NCBI GenBank assembly: GCA_965153455.1
Contig: OZ234494.1
Span: 1,178,001 to 1,242,000 of the forward strand
Origin: Sphagnum compactum
Taxonomy: Eukaryota
Direction of reading: 5' to 3'
Length of the DNA: 64,000 nt
The position numbers and the translations under genes are program-made. Positions 12,865 to 27,130 of the stretch are shown one piece after another. The notes below the pieces were generated by a model that saw only the letters and a program-made list of their open reading frames with translations, did not search any database and was not told the origin of the DNA. Position 1 is the stretch's first letter. Each line of letters starts with the position of its first letter.

Positions 12865-15800
12865 TTTGAGTTGAGAGGTGGATGTTGCTTACCTAGAATT
12901 ATTCATTTGTAACTAGTAAGATATTGTAGGAAAGGTGGGCATAAGTGAAAACTTTTTGCCCATGGAATGAACTTCTCCCACTTTTGGGAGGTTCTATCTT
13001 CCCAAATATTTTACAAAAATTAAGTTAAGGTAGAAAACATTGGGTGAACATAGAAAGCTTATTCCATATGCCAAGAAATTTTCGAACCAAAAAATGAAAA
13101 ATTACTAGAACTGAATGAATGTTAAATCTTCATTGTTTAATTGTTTTTTGGGTAGTTTGAATATTTTAATCATGCGACAAGGTTAATTTTATGACCCACA
13201 TTCAATTTTTTTTATTAATTCATTTTTGCATTTTTGATGGTTGGAACATGTTTTTGGGTAAAATTAAAATTTATTTTTACTTATTAAACAAAGTGGGTGT
13301 GAAGCAAAATAATTATTATGGGAGGTTCATTATTTGAGTTTTTCACTTCTTATTCCATGTGTATAAGAGGTATGTAAGTCTTCATTATTATTTTACGTGA
13401 ATTAAAAATATATATATGTTAAAAATTAACTTGTGATGAAATTTAAAATAAATATCTTCAAGTTTATTAATAATTTTTGTAAGACAACTTTAATAATTAT
13501 GTCAAATGATGTGTGAAATAGTTTATAAATTATTTAAAATTTAGGCAAGAAATTTTTTTAATGATTTTTTAGTTGTTTTTTTTGTTTAACGGTTTGGAGA
13601 GTTATCAAAATGCATTTATGTTATCGTGCATTCATTATTTGCATTTGATTTTTTTTATTTTGATGTGTAAAAAGGTACGTAAAATATTAGTAATATTTAA
13701 TTTATGTTTGATCATAACAAACAAATGTGTACTCAGAACAATTTTTTTGGGCATGACATTTGTAAATTTTTAATCAACATTTGTTTTGACATGTTTATTT
13801 ATAATAGTTTGAAATGATGTGTTGATAATTTTTAGTTCATATAAAAATAGAGGTTTGAATTATTTTAAATTAATTTTCAATTTGAATAAAAAATTATATT
13901 AATTTTTGCAACCAAATATTCTTATGAATTGGATGTATTTATTAATTTTGAAATTAAAATTTTGAAAAGGTACCAAAAGGTAGGTAGAAATTGATGCCCT
14001 TATGAATATTTTTTATTATTTTTTGTCATATGGTGCAAATGAATTTAATAAGTTTCAAACCCTTCCCTTTTCCTTTTCAATTTACATGTGCTTATGTAAT
14101 TGAATAATGCATATAATATATTGAACTTTCAAAAAGGAGAAGAAACATGTAGGTCCAAAACCATTTAATAATTTCAAAAAAATTATAGTTCACTAGTTCA
14201 TTCAAAAAAATAATTGTGTTACAAAAAAGGTTAATAAAAATGTGTCCATCATTGTAGAAAATCAAGTCCATTAAAATTGTAATATAATCAAAATTTGAAG
14301 CTTTAATCAATTGTAATGAATGTTATCGCTTTGGAATATAGGTTTGATCACTTGTAATCCATCATTTACAATTATTATTATATAATTCAAAAATCTAATT
14401 AGATGTTTTGTCAAATCAAGTTTAAATAGGAACTAAAGCATATTGATTACTAAAATATTTCCATGTTTTTTTAACCACTACAATTATTTTATTAAATGTT
14501 TTTTTTAAAACCTAGACTTCACATGTTATTTAAATTTGGACAACAATCCAATGATGAAATATTTTAACAACAATATGTTAATTTTTATGAAAAATCCACT
14601 TCTCTCCCCATTGCAATTTTTTTACAAAATGAATTATACATTTTTTCACCTTATTTCAACTGACTCAATTTTAAGAATACATTGATTATTTGGCATGGAA
14701 TTCTGAGATAATAAAAAAGGAGATTAATTAAAATTTGTAATAATTTGATTACTTTAATCCTAATTAATCTAAAATTTTGATTAAAAGTTAAAGGTCATCA
14801 GCATGATTATCATCTTTTTAACAATGGAAACTTTTAAAATGGAGGATACAAAAATGATTTCAACATTGGAAAAAATTGCTATAATTACCCTTTTTACTCA
14901 TTTGTGTAGACTATCTAACCTCACAAGTGTGTAAAGAAGTTTAATGAAAATAAATGAATTTTTAAAAACTAAATCCTTTTTCATTAAGTAAAGTAAGATT
15001 TTTTACTTAATGTTTTTTGCAATGTCATAGTAATTATGATATACAACCCTTACGGGAAAAATTATATATGGTCATTCCTAGTGTATTATATTGTTATCAT
15101 AATTTAATGCACAAGGTTCGAGACTAATTATAATAGTTGTATAGGTAAGAGCAATGAAAATATATGTAGCAGCAGTGGAGGCGCTGAGGAAAAAGGAAAG
15201 ACAGGATGAAACTCAGTTTACCACCAAAATTGATCATTTTCTGAGTTTCAGCCCCCTTTGAATGCTAATGTATTTTTTTCCAGGTTTTTTTTATTCTCAC
15301 CCTGTGTATGAGGAAACGCAGGGTTCTGGTGCTGTGTTTGTCTTACTTGACGGATAACTCTAACGTGTGAGTGACATTTGAAATATTATGTGTGCATACG
15401 ATGGATGTGTATGTTCCATAGAAATGTAAATATGCATTTTGATGAGAAGTTCTAGATCCAGTAAGGGAAGTTGAGCTTGAAGTTTGAGTCTTGAGTCATT
15501 ACACAATGAATGAGTTGCTCCTTTTTCATATTCAAGTATAGAAAAACATAGCCCATCTACACTTGACCAATACCTAGCTTACATCAAAATAATGAATTTG
15601 TGACGGTCTTCAACAAAATTGCTCATTCCAAGGTAAAGAAAAAGTTAGAGCTCACATTGGAATATATGAAAATGAAAAACCTTGCCTAGGTTGGTGCACA
15701 TTGTTGGTGCACATTGTTGAAATGTTCTAAGCTCTAAAGCCAATCCCATAAATGGCTTACTCATTACCCCCTTTTGCGATGGTGGTATGTTCCTTAATGG

Positions 15801-17119
15801 GTGTAAAGCAAGATTAAATTATGAATTTGCCAGAATGTTTTAGGACAAATCATTAACTTTTTAAAGAGGTCATGTTTTGATTTCTTAAATTAAAATGTGG
15901 GTCACTTTGTCACTATTTTCATCCTTTTAATGTGATAATTATAAAAGTGTTTAAATATAAGCCCAATGGATGAAATTTCATACAATGGCATATGTTAGTA
16001 TTGTAAAAAAATCATATTTTGTGTATGTTTCATACAAACTTGTACAATCATAATAGCAACCAATATCACCTCAAAGTCTTGAATTTTTAAACATCTGGCA
16101 TATACTACAAAACCATTTTTTTTTTTCGGTCAAAATTTCACACCTACACCATAGAGAAAGAATTTTCTTTCCTAAGATTCCTTTTTTTGGAAAAAGTTCA
16201 CCAAATTTAAGAATTATCAAAAGGTTTTCATCAAGATTCTACAACAAGTTTCAATAAGTAGCCAAAAAATAAAACAGTCCTTAAATGTTGTGTTATTATC
16301 ATATTCTATGTTTAGCCAAATTTGGTTTGTAGCAAAATATGGATGATTGCAAACATGAGCTACATGCGAAATTGGAAAGTAAAATAAAATAGATCCCAAG
16401 TATGGATGTTTGGAAATGGAATTTGTGTTGGATGTTTAAATTATGGACTCAGTCTTTTGAAAAATATAACTTGAAAGGATGAATGTTGTCTTTTGATTGA
16501 TTTCATAATCCTTCTCCATATTCAAATGCCTTAACCGAAAATGTTGCCCCATTGATTTGACTACATTACAAAGCACCAAAAGAACTTCTTTTGGGTGTAT
16601 TCATAGTCTACCTTATTCAATGAAATCTTTCCTTTGCAAAAAGAAGAGGCACTTTGAAAAATCAGACACTCACTGTGGCAAACATTTCACCTCCATTGAA
16701 AGGACATTTATTCATAACCATGGTTCTCAAAAATATCAATAGACCTGGTGGTGATGAATAACCATGGTTCTCAAAAATTAAAAATCATGTAACCGACTAT
16801 TGGTGAAACCATTGGGGGCTCGTTTTTGAAAACTGCTGGTTCTTTAGTTTTTGAAATAACCCAGACTAACGGTTCATTTAATTCTGATTTTTTCAAAGAA
16901 TTGGAACCAATGATTCTGTAAGTCTGAAATACCACTAAATAACTGGAACTGACCGTATTTGGGAAATTTCAAAACATTGATAGAACCTTTGGTCCAGTTA
17001 TGGACCTGGTTCTTCACATTTCAAGACTTCCAGTTCCTGGTTCTTCAAAAAATCAAACATAAAATCCTAGGTGACTCGGGTTCCAAATCAGATCCAGTTC
17101 TACCTTCCTAAGCATTGGT

Positions 17120-17396
17120 CACTTTTTTTTTTTAATAATGAATTTTCGTCATTTTGTGAAAAAACATTTGTTAAAAAAAGAATATTCGGTCACAAATTCC
17201 TTGTTTTCTGGAACACAAAGCATCAGGAAGAAAATTAATTTTTATTTAAAAATCACCACAATTGCCTACAATATGAAGGGGTGCATAAGATTTCCTACTT
17301 TCATATATTGAATATTACCAAATTTGGCTAAATATTGCTTATGCATGATTGCCACTTGAGCAACATTAAAAAAAAAAATCGGAAAAATTTACACTG
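17120..17396 (+). repeat. dispersed ~270-bp repeat family (core ccaaatttggctaaat..atgattgccac..acat; CAGTG/CACTG-like ends, possibly hAT-derived)
   Basis: Core motif recurs at ~16315, ~18770, 26810-26870 (reverse), ~47030 and ~56725. Confidence 0.55.
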
Positions 17397-18474
17397 ATAC
17401 TATTCCAAAGCCGCTACTAACCCCACCCCACCCCATCCTGAAACTAATTATTCAGAAAAGTATATACCTGAATTTTTCTCCCTCAAACTAACAACATGTC
17501 TGACCCTAATTGGAAAAATTAAAAACTACAAAAATTCAAAAAATTAATTTCAAATAAGAATTGGTATGAAATGAGTTTTGGGGCCAGTTCCTGATTCCAC
17601 GTCTCATTCATTGGGTTTTTTTGGTTTTTTTTCCTTGTCAAAATTTAGAACTGGTGATCCAGGCACCCAATAATTCGCCCTGAGAACCAGAACTGACTCA
17701 AAAGTAAGAACCCGAAACCCTAAACCCTAAAATATTATGTTCCAGTCATTTTAACCACTTTGGGTGGATATGCTCTAAACTGTCACACATGTGGGAGCCC
17801 AGCCCGTGACAGTTTAGCAGCAAATCGATACCTACATCATCTCATCTGGATTTGCAGCGGTCCCCGCATACACAAATAATTAGGCTATATGTTCAGGTCG
17901 GAGTACAAGTCAGTTTTTCAAGTGTTCTAGTAATTTCCTGACTCCTGTGCTGGGAAAAAATGGCATCTTATTTCTTTGGAAAAGAGAGAAACTTGAGCTT
18001 CGCTGTACACTGTTGTTGGAATGTACAATTGCTTGAGTCTTTGAGGGGCATACAAGCTTTCTGTCTCAGGCAGGCTGGCTGGCTATATATGTGAAGGATA
18101 CATGATGCTGTCATTTGTACTGAGGTCATCTTTTGACTTGCTTTGGGCGAAGTCTTGTTTGGAACTGGTTTCCTTGCCCTTATGGTCATGCCAAGTTCCC
18201 TGCTGATGCAGATTGTTGCTGTCACAAACTTAGCAGTCTGCTAGATCACCTGCATGCTCAGCATAGGTGCATGATCCCTGTGTTTGTTTTGTTTGTTCCA
18301 AGTGTGCAAACATGCTATCTAGCTCAAAGAGCTATTAAGTTAATCATAGAAACTTCTAATGTTGCCATTCCCCCCCCTCCGCACCACCACCACCATCACC
18401 ACCACACACACACATGCAATGGCCCAGTTTGCATAGTCAGGTGGTAAGTAGCTCTTAAACCAGCCACCTCTGAA

Positions 18475-18680
18475 TTGCATTTCTCCAAGGGCTGAAAATA
18501 CGTGTATATATTGACAATAAACTATAGTACTCAATAGTTGTATTTCTTCAATACCCAAAAATATGCTTATTATCTTGATAATCAAACTATAGTACCCAAT
18601 AGTTGTATTTCTGCAATGCCCAAAAATCCGTGTGAATCTTGACAATCAAACCATAACTAATACATGCATTTCTCCAAGGT
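18475..18680 (+). repeat. degenerate ~65-bp tandem repeat, about 3 units
   Basis: aaactatagtac(t/c)caatagttgtatttc..caat.cccaaaaat occurs at ~18519 and ~18584, with flanking partial units (gcatttctccaagg at 18477 and 18667). Confidence 0.7.
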
Positions 18681-20750
18681 TTCAGTATAGTAAGTTTCAG
18701 TAGTTTAGTCAAGAATATCAAAGGATCCTTTTTTAAAAAAACTTCCATATCTGGTTTAGAGATAAATTTGGCTCATTTTCTTCTGGATGATCGCCTCTTT
18801 CAGTACATCCCAAAACTTGGGGGAATTTGTTTTAAAACATTGGTTTTTGGTTATCAATGTAATAGTTTGAAAGTTTTACAATATGGATATGCAAAAATTC
18901 TGCAATTTCTTCTAGTTATGACACAACTTGAACTGTTCTCCTCAGGTGACAACTAGTGTTACATTCAATTCTTGATTCTAAATGAACCTTCAATCCTAGT
19001 TATGAGACTTTTTTAGTTTTGGATGGAACCTTTGGTCCGGCCATGACACCAGGTCTTTGGATTTCTAAAACTTTTTGGTCTGCTATTAACAAAATTGGAG
19101 TTAGGTTTGGTTCCAACAAAATGCTAGAAGTCCAAAACCAATTGACATTGGTCATGAATACAATAATATTACGACTATGCAAGAATTGTACCCTTTCCTC
19201 CAGTTATGTGTTATGATAGAAAATGATATCATGTGGCATGGACATGTAAGAACAGGATGCTTTGATCAGTTTAGGCCACAACAATCTTCACTCCTAAAGG
19301 GTGATCCAGAAAAGTAGCTGTGTACTGAATCTGGAAGCAGCTCATTGGACCCATCTCCATGATCCTTGAAGCCCAGACTGCATGAAGATGGTGTGTTGTC
19401 GAACCTGCAGTTGTACGTGCCATTTCATGGGTGATCCAGTTGTTTTGTAGCATTGTTGTATCCGTAATACATACGGAAAACCGCATTTTACGAGCATTCG
19501 CCAAGTAATCCTAAGATAAATTTAGAGAAGAAAGATTTTGACTACAACTTAATAACATAATTCCAAAGCAAATTCTCAATCATCAACTTTGTGATGTCTT
19601 TACTATCAAAGCTAAAAATCTTAGCATGAAACCAAGTCTTGGGTATTCTCATAAACCAACTTGCATTTACTGGGCGAACTGTCACTTGTAAATAATATCA
19701 GAACTCTCTGTACTCTGTTCTAATGCATCTAGTGACCTCCAATATACTCTAACAGAGTGGAGACTGATAATTACACAAAACTGTACTAGCAAAAAAATTA
19801 CACTGCCTTTTTGTGAATATCATGTCATGGGTAATAATATAATATTCTGAAAGGTTGCAGTTTGATCATGCCCAGAACAGGGATTTTTAAAGAAAATTTG
19901 TGATATATGTTTTTGGAAAATATTTCAAAATTAGTCAAATTTACACTACAAAAGACACATTTTTCCAGATTTTTCCAAATTTTTTGGTCAAAAAATTGAC
20001 AGCATTTTTCAGAAAAAAACACTGAGGTCACAGAAGCACTAATAATGGGTACCTGTTTTCCAGTGATCAACCTGTTGCATGTCAAAGTTGGCTGAGTGCT
20101 ACTAAAAGTGGCTTGTGCCATTGAGCACATATCATAATATTGAATGAATTTTGAAAGGAAAATTGCACACCGTTTTTGACCTCAGTGTGAAATCCAGTTT
20201 TTCATTAAGTTTTTTTTAAAAAATTTATTGAATTTCATATTAGAAAATTTACTCAAAATTCAATATCTCTCGCCTCTTAGGTCTAGGAATCACTTCCATG
20301 CATCCCTGATCATTGAGAGCTTTCCAAGAGTATAAATAGCACAAACTAATTTTCCTATAATATTTCATATTTAGTTTTCAAATGATAAGACTATTCAAAA
20401 CTCAATGACTCCTATAGCATAGGTTTAAACATTATGAAACCACCTTGGTGCACTTGTGCTCATTTCGGGCTTTCCAATAGTACCAAAGAGCATTTATTTT
20501 TCCTTTTAAGGGAGTGAGGGTTTGGAAGACTATTTGAGTTTTGGGGTTTCATTCCTTACATGTTCCCAATAATGTTCTCCCTACAAGAACTTTGTGTTCA
20601 TGTTTCCAATGTGTTCCCAATTTTATCCCATAGGCTTTGCCAAATGTTCCCTATGTGGTTCCCATGTTCTTCACAATAACCCCACTTTTCATCTCATTTT
20701 TGCTTGTCCAAAGTCCTACTCTTTGTAGGCCAAATGGAAAACTTGACTAA

Positions 20751-21067
20751 GAGTGACTGTAGACGAGGGTCCAAGGTCCAGGGACCGATGAATTCAAGCA
20801 ATCTTATTGATCGAAAGCTTTAAATTGGTCCCAAGGCCTTTAGAAGAGGGTCCAAGACCACAAAGTGGCAAATTGAGGCTAAACGTACATGGCACCTGTT
20901 TTGGAGGCAAAATCAGTTGGTTTCGACCAAAAAATAGTGCTAAAAGGAGAGCTCCTGATTTGGAGAACCAAGAATCAGGCTAGAGACCAAGGTATAGTCC
21001 AATTCAAGGATTCAATTTGCTTCAAATGAGTCTAAATTGGACCCTGGACGCTTGCCTAAAGTGGGCC
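20751..21067. mobile_element. PIF/Harbinger-like MITE, inverted copy of the 47185-47521 element
   Basis: Reverse-complement match along its whole length to 47185-47521. Termini gagtgactgtagacgagggtccaaggtcca / tggaccctggacgcttgcctaaagtgggcc; TAA on the left and (a)TAA on the right. Confidence 0.8.
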
Positions 21068-23396
21068 ATAAGAGTTTTGAAACAATTTTTGTAACGGGCC
21101 ACCTGATCAACAAGCCCTGTCACAAAAGAAAAGGATTTGAACTTTGAATGCACCCACAACCAATAACATTATACTCTACTCTTGAAAGAGCCCAACTTTA
21201 CTATCGGAATCTTTTGAGTATAACTAGTACTGCCTGGTGTTGCTGTTTTGGCGTGTGGGCTCCTCAGCTGACAGTAAGTACATCAAACTCTTATCAACCT
21301 ATGGCTGCAGCTCCAGTATGCCTTTTAAGTTACCCTTTAGGCATTTGGGAGCTTGGAAGCATGACAGAGAGGACAAACTACATGATTGTTTTATAATATT
21401 TTTTAAACATATAATCTGCAGTGCAGGTTCACAGTACCTTGCCGTGGTTCGACAACAAGGTGATTAATAATTTTCATTTTTTTGTCATTAACATTTGACA
21501 GTAGAAAAGTAAATAAACAAATAAAGGAAAAACACCTGGCAAGGGAACAAGAGAAAAAAAGAAAAAGGATCAACGTCCAAACAGAAGACCAAGCTCGAAA
21601 GTGCAGAATGTGCAATGGGGAGCCCTAAGAGAGAAAAACATAAAACCTAGGACTTAAACCCATCACCAGTAGCAGGAAGCGAGTCGTACAAAGAGATGGG
21701 CGAAAAACCTGGAAGGACACCAAGCCTATAAGAGGCCTCTCTTGCTGCTACAACCGCCCAACGCAAGATTGTGACGGCCTGAACTCTCTGAAGAGGTATA
21801 TTTTACAAAATAATGAAAAGTGTGTGCTTGAAAGTTTCTTTCAGATTTTTAGCATGGCAAGCAAGTATATTTTTCAGTTTCTTTTACAATTTAAAAAATA
21901 GTTAATTACTGCCTAATTAACCAGGCTAAGTATTCCTTGATGCATGGAGGATAGAACTTGGGTGGCCCGGGCATTCCCAAAAATATGGAGCTTAGGAGAA
22001 GGTAAATGTCTCTCATCAGGGCCCCACATTTTGGAATGTTCTTCACTCGCCCATAAGCTTACCCATAGTAAAGCTCGTAAAGCACAAGCTGAAAGTAATG
22101 CATTCCAAGGTTTCTTTCTTTGTATTTGAAAAAGTTTTGTGCTTTACACCAGGAAGGCTTGCTACCACAGGCCTCCCCTAATTTTTGGGCCTAAATCCTC
22201 AGGCTACAAGCATCAAATTAGAGCAGGCCCTCCGAGATCAGGAGTAAGCCTTCCCCTATCCGGAAATCAATTCAAGGTTTTTATCCTTTATATTTGAAAG
22301 CACCTTCCCCACATGGACAATTCATTCATCAATTGAAGGACCCTGTAATAATCACATGCAAACCTTCCACCATTCACATAGAAAACCTTTTGTGCGTAAT
22401 GCTGAGGAAAGCCACATCCATGGGTGTCCCCTAATTTTCAAGCCTACGCCCACAGGCTATCACACTCAAGGCTACACAACCCTCAAATTAGGGGAGTCCA
22501 ATGGGAGTTGCAACCCTTCCCCTATATATATTATCATGAACCTAAACATTGGTAGAGCATGAGGTGTATGAGAGTAGGGCTCTTACACCTACTCCTTAAC
22601 CTTTAAACATCAGGGTGGACCATTTTGGTCCACTTTCCCTTGGGATTTCAAAACCCATGATGTTTAGGGGTTACGAATGTCATGGATCTTATTGCAGGTA
22701 GAAGAAAAGCCCTCCTCTTTTGAAGGGAGGGGTAGTAATAATATATGTAAGGTGCCTTCCAAGTACATTAGGAGATATTCTCCCATTAAGTTCAGCTCTT
22801 GGATACCAGAAGAGAAGCAGATGATGATCTTGGGTGGTGGTGGTGATGGTAGGTTTTGTAGAAATCTAGATGAAAGCTTTGCCCTGTTCGGTATCAGTAT
22901 GTGGCCTGGGTACTGCCAATAGCTTGTCACTTGGGTTGGTAGCTTATCAGTTGAGTCTGCTGTTGTGTGTGTTGGGGGAAAAGAGATTTTTATTAAAAAA
23001 ATCTGAGAGTAGATTGTGGATTCCAATTGCAACCTTTTGCAGGATACTAGCAGGAAGAAGCAGATTTAGAAGAGCAGCAGATGATTTAGTCTATAGTGCA
23101 GAATGAAGCAGATGGAAATTGTTGGTTTTTGTGTATAGGATAATTTCTTAAGTCTGTGAAGAAGGTAGACTAGCTTCAGATGATCACAAAGAGCGAGAGA
23201 ACCTCTGCTGCAGCAGCAGCTGTTTTTGTCATCACTGGACAACACAAAAACAACTCTGAGCAGGGAGGGAGGGAGGGAGGGAGGGAGGGAGGTGGAAGCT
23301 CATCTGCAAGGGTGGTGCAGTAGCCAAGTTCCTGCCAACCACAACAAATCTAATTTGGCAACAAGGGTTTTGGGCCTGCAGCAAGAATTCTAGGGA

Positions 23397-26155
23397 ATGG
23401 AAAGGAGGGATGATTGCTTGAGTTTGGAAGAAGGATTGATTGTGAATAGTTCTGCTAGTGCAGATGCAGTGATCATGGATATTGAAGCTGCAGTTGCAGC
23501 AGCAGCAGCTTGCAGTACTATGGAGAATCATAATAATATGCTGCAGGAGGAGGAGGAGGAGGAGGAGGAGGAGGAGCACAACATTGATCTTCTGCATGAT
23601 GATTCAGATGCTGCGAGAAGACTTAGACTAGTTCCTAATATCGAGAAGCTTTCGGTGGACGATTTGCTTGAGAAGTGGGTGGGCGAGTGTGGAAGAGCTC
23701 AGCTGTGGCACTTTGTGTTGGTTAGCTTGGCTTGGACTATTCATGGCCTTCAGAGCTTTGCTATGGTGTTTGCTGATCGTCAACCTTCCTGGCAGTGTCG
23801 TTCATCTCCCTCTCAATCTCTTACCTCTGCAAGCACCAGCTTCTCCATTACAGCTCTCAACATTACAGCTACAGGTGATGATAGATCATCACATGAACTC
23901 TGGGCCTCCCCACTGCACCACTGCTAGCTCCTCGACACGATCTGATCTGCAAGCTTCTTGATCATCAGTGCAGAATTCAACAGCTAGCTAGCTAGACTTT
24001 GTTCCTGAAGTGCTGCTGCTGCTGCTGCTGCTGCTTGATCCTTCTTGCAATTGTAGGCCTAGAAGAAACGCAGCTGCAGCTCATGGATCATGCATGATGG
24101 GATTTTGGGTCGAGTTCCTCATGCAGGTTTTGCAAATGTTGCTGCAAGCCGGCGAGTACTCAACTTCTTCCAGCAGCTGCAGGAGGAGCCTATGAATTGT
24201 TCACCAACAGCAACTGATATGTGCACCATGGACTCGAGCTTGTGGGAGTGGGTTGGCGGAAAAGGGGTGTCGACGGTGTCGGAATGGAACCTCGTCTGCG
24301 GAGACGAGTACAAACGCGGACTTGCGCAATCCGTCTTCTTCATCGGAGGCTTGTTTGGTGGGCACTGAGCACTTCTTTCTCACCCCGCCGCGCGCCTTGA
24401 TCATCGAATCTCCATAGAACTGCATGAGTTCTAGATTATGACAAACTTGCCACAGTCGATCGGAATGAATTCTCCATGTGCATGCATGATCAGCAGCTTG
24501 TGCAGTACTAGCTAGCTGCTGATCTTGTCTAACATTGCACACTAGATCATGATCTGCGCGTACTAGTTGTACTGCACTGAACTTCGATTCCTGCAGGAGC
24601 TGGAGTCTTCGGGAACCTGTCGGACTCAGTTCTGGGAAGAAAAGGAGCTTTGGCATTGGCATGTGCAGCGACTGCCATCTCCGGCTTGATCACAGCAGCA
24701 GCACCGAACTACTGGGCTTACGTGATCATGCGAGGAGTGACGGGTCTCAGTACCGGAGGAGTCGGACTCTCGTCTTTCGTGCTAGCAACGGAGCCAGTGG
24801 GTCCGTCAAGGAGAGGACAAATGGGCATGTCGGCGTTCTATTTCTTCTCTCTGGGTGTCATGGCTCTTCCGGTTTTCGCATTCTACACTGGCTCCTGGAG
24901 GTTGCTCTACGTCGTGACTTCCATCCCGGCCGTTATCTACTGCGCCATCATTCTCCCCTTCGTCTGCGAATCTCCTCGTTGGTATCTAATCCAAGGACGC
25001 TTGGAAGAGGCGATGGCTGTTTTGCGCAACTTCGCCACCTTGAATGGCAAGTCTGTGCCTTCGTGGGTGAGCTTGTCGACTGATCATGAGCTTGTCGATC
25101 ACGTCGAGACAATGGCACTCTTTGCTGCAGCAGCTGTAAATCTTCCAAACTCCGAGTCTCATGACTCAGCTGCTGCAGTAGTACACGAGCTGCCGCGGAA
25201 CTCCTGCAAACTCGATCAGCTGTCGACGACGACGGCGCTCATGAGTACTGCAGCAAATCTGCATCAAGCTCCAGGAGGAGCAGCTGCTGCTGCATCATCT
25301 GCTACAAGGTTTTCTGGTACGCTTTTGGATGTGATGAAATGCTCAGGAACACGCAAGAGAATGCTCATCATGGTGGTGATCTGGTTCAACTGCGCTATAG
25401 TCTACTACGGGATCAATCTCAACGTCGTCAACATCGGCGTCGACTTATATCTAAGCGTCTTCACCAACGGCTTGGTGGAGATTCCTGCATACGCCATCAC
25501 AGCTTTGCTTCTACAAAGAATTGGCAGACGGAACCTGCTCGTCGCATCCATGCTCTTGCCTGGCGTTTGTTGTATCATGGGAAGCTTACTCTCTGTCCAT
25601 GAGCAGCTGCAAGTAGTCTCCCATGCAAACAACCTTGAAGGGACTCCTGCAGCTTCCGCTGCATTCGGATCACATGAGTCCAAGACTTTCTCGCAGTCTA
25701 GGATGGAAGATGCAGCAAGTTCTTTCTTTGCTGCAATTGTTGAATCAATTGGTCGCTTATACAGTTACGACCAGAGCAGCAATTCTTTATTTTCTTCTTC
25801 TTCTTCTTCTGCTTCTTGGACTCTGAACTGGGTGGGTTTTGCTCGGCTTCTTTGTGGGGTGATTGGGATCTTCGGCATAGCTGGAGCTTACAACCTCGTC
25901 TACATCTACACTTTGGAGTTGTTTCCCACTGTGGTGCGAAATGCAGCTCTAGGGTTGGCGACCCAAGCAGCAGGGATAGGAGCTGTGATTGCTCCCACAA
26001 TTGTTGCTCTGGATCACTACAACTCCGCCATTCCTTTCGGCCTCTTTGCAGCTGCTGCTCTTGTGGGTGCTTTTCTGGCCTTGTGGCTTCCTGAAACTCT
26101 CAACCAACCTCTGTGGGAGACTCTGCAAGGCATGGAAAATGCCAGCACTTTGTAA
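23397..26155 (+). CDS. OCT4: organic cation/carnitine transporter (MFS, SLC22-like; OCT4-like); exons 23397-23874, 24127-24357, 24597-26155
   Basis: Motifs VGECGRAQLWHF, STVSEWNLVC, spliced GLFG|AGVFGNLSDSVLGRKG, VLATEPVGPSRRG, ESPRWY, ELFPTVVRN and LPET. GT-AG introns are phase-consistent (both phase 1) and there are no internal stops. The OCT4 subtype is assigned from remembered similarity only. Confidence 0.9.
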
Positions 26156-26786
26156 CTCTACTCTGGTGTAGGATGGGGAACATAACCTACCCACCCACCA
26201 ACACAACCCACCCACGCACAAACACAACCTACCCACACACAACCCACCACCCACATGTATTGAAGAGTAGACTCTCCTTCTTTTCTTGGCAAAACCCATT
26301 TTTTGTTGCCTCTTCTTGTACTTACTTCAATTTCAATTCTTGCATTAACTAAGCTAACAACACTCCCAATGTCCAGACATCCATTTATCCATTCAACTCT
26401 GAATTCTTCTCCTCCTCATAGCCTGCTAACTTTCTCTAAACTTAGCAATTCTAAACTGGCTTTTGTCAATTGAGTTGCATTTTTTAAAAAATCATTCTCT
26501 CTATATTCTAGCCGCTGTTGATTTTCAAAATCTGTCATCAATCATTTTCAAGCTCCCTGCAGCCATGAATTCAAACTCTCAATTCTCACACAAAATTCTG
26601 AAGTGACTACTATTCATTTACATATGCTATCTAGTCCAATACCTTGTGGATCCTTTCAATGCTCTGATACTTCTGTTGAAATTGTCAAAAATAATTCATC
26701 AATCTTCAACCCCTTTACCATCTTCAAAAAATATGAAGAAAGTAAAACTGAAAGACCAGATTCTTAGTATCAAAACATCACCAGAG

Positions 26787-27063
26787 CAGCTGTTTTCTTT
26801 CCCTCCAATTTTGTGATGTAGCCAAACCAGAGATCATCCACAAGAAGATTTAGCCAAATTTGGCTTTACAGGCTTGATATGAAAATTAAAAAAATAAGGA
26901 TTCCTTTTCATATTTTGGGCTACTTGCTGGAACCTGTTGTAGAAACCTAGCAATTTTAAATTCTTTTGGTTTTTGAAATCTGGCGAATTAGAGTTTTATT
27001 TTTCAAAAAGAAATCCTTTGTATCTATCGAAATCGTATTTTTTAGGTCAATGAAAAATCACTG
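26787..27063 (-). repeat. dispersed CAGTG-ended repeat family copy (reverse orientation)
   Basis: Contains aattttgtgatgtagcc..atcatccacaagaagatttagccaaatttgg (reverse of the family core) and ends aaaaatcactg. Confidence 0.55.
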
Positions 27064-27130
27064 TACCAAAGTGTAGTTTTGTATAAATAATAAAACTCAC
27101 AGTCATCAGTGGTATCAGTGATGTCTGACA

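Noticed and set aside
8900..16800. Hydrophobic or Lys-rich short ORFs in AT-rich DNA
   Set aside because: Compositional artefacts of decayed repeats; no recognisable transposase or gene motif.
18475..18680. Repeat array as a possible CRISPR-like structure
   Set aside because: Eukaryotic context, degenerate head-to-tail units without unique spacers and no cas genes.
24057..24126. Apparent frameshift (CATG duplication) in OCT exon 2 if the acceptor at 24056 is used
   Set aside because: A strong phase-compatible acceptor (tgcag|g) at 24126 gives an uninterrupted frame.
24661..26299. Alternative-frame and antisense ORFs over the OCT gene
   Set aside because: Shadow ORFs expected from a GC-rich coding exon.
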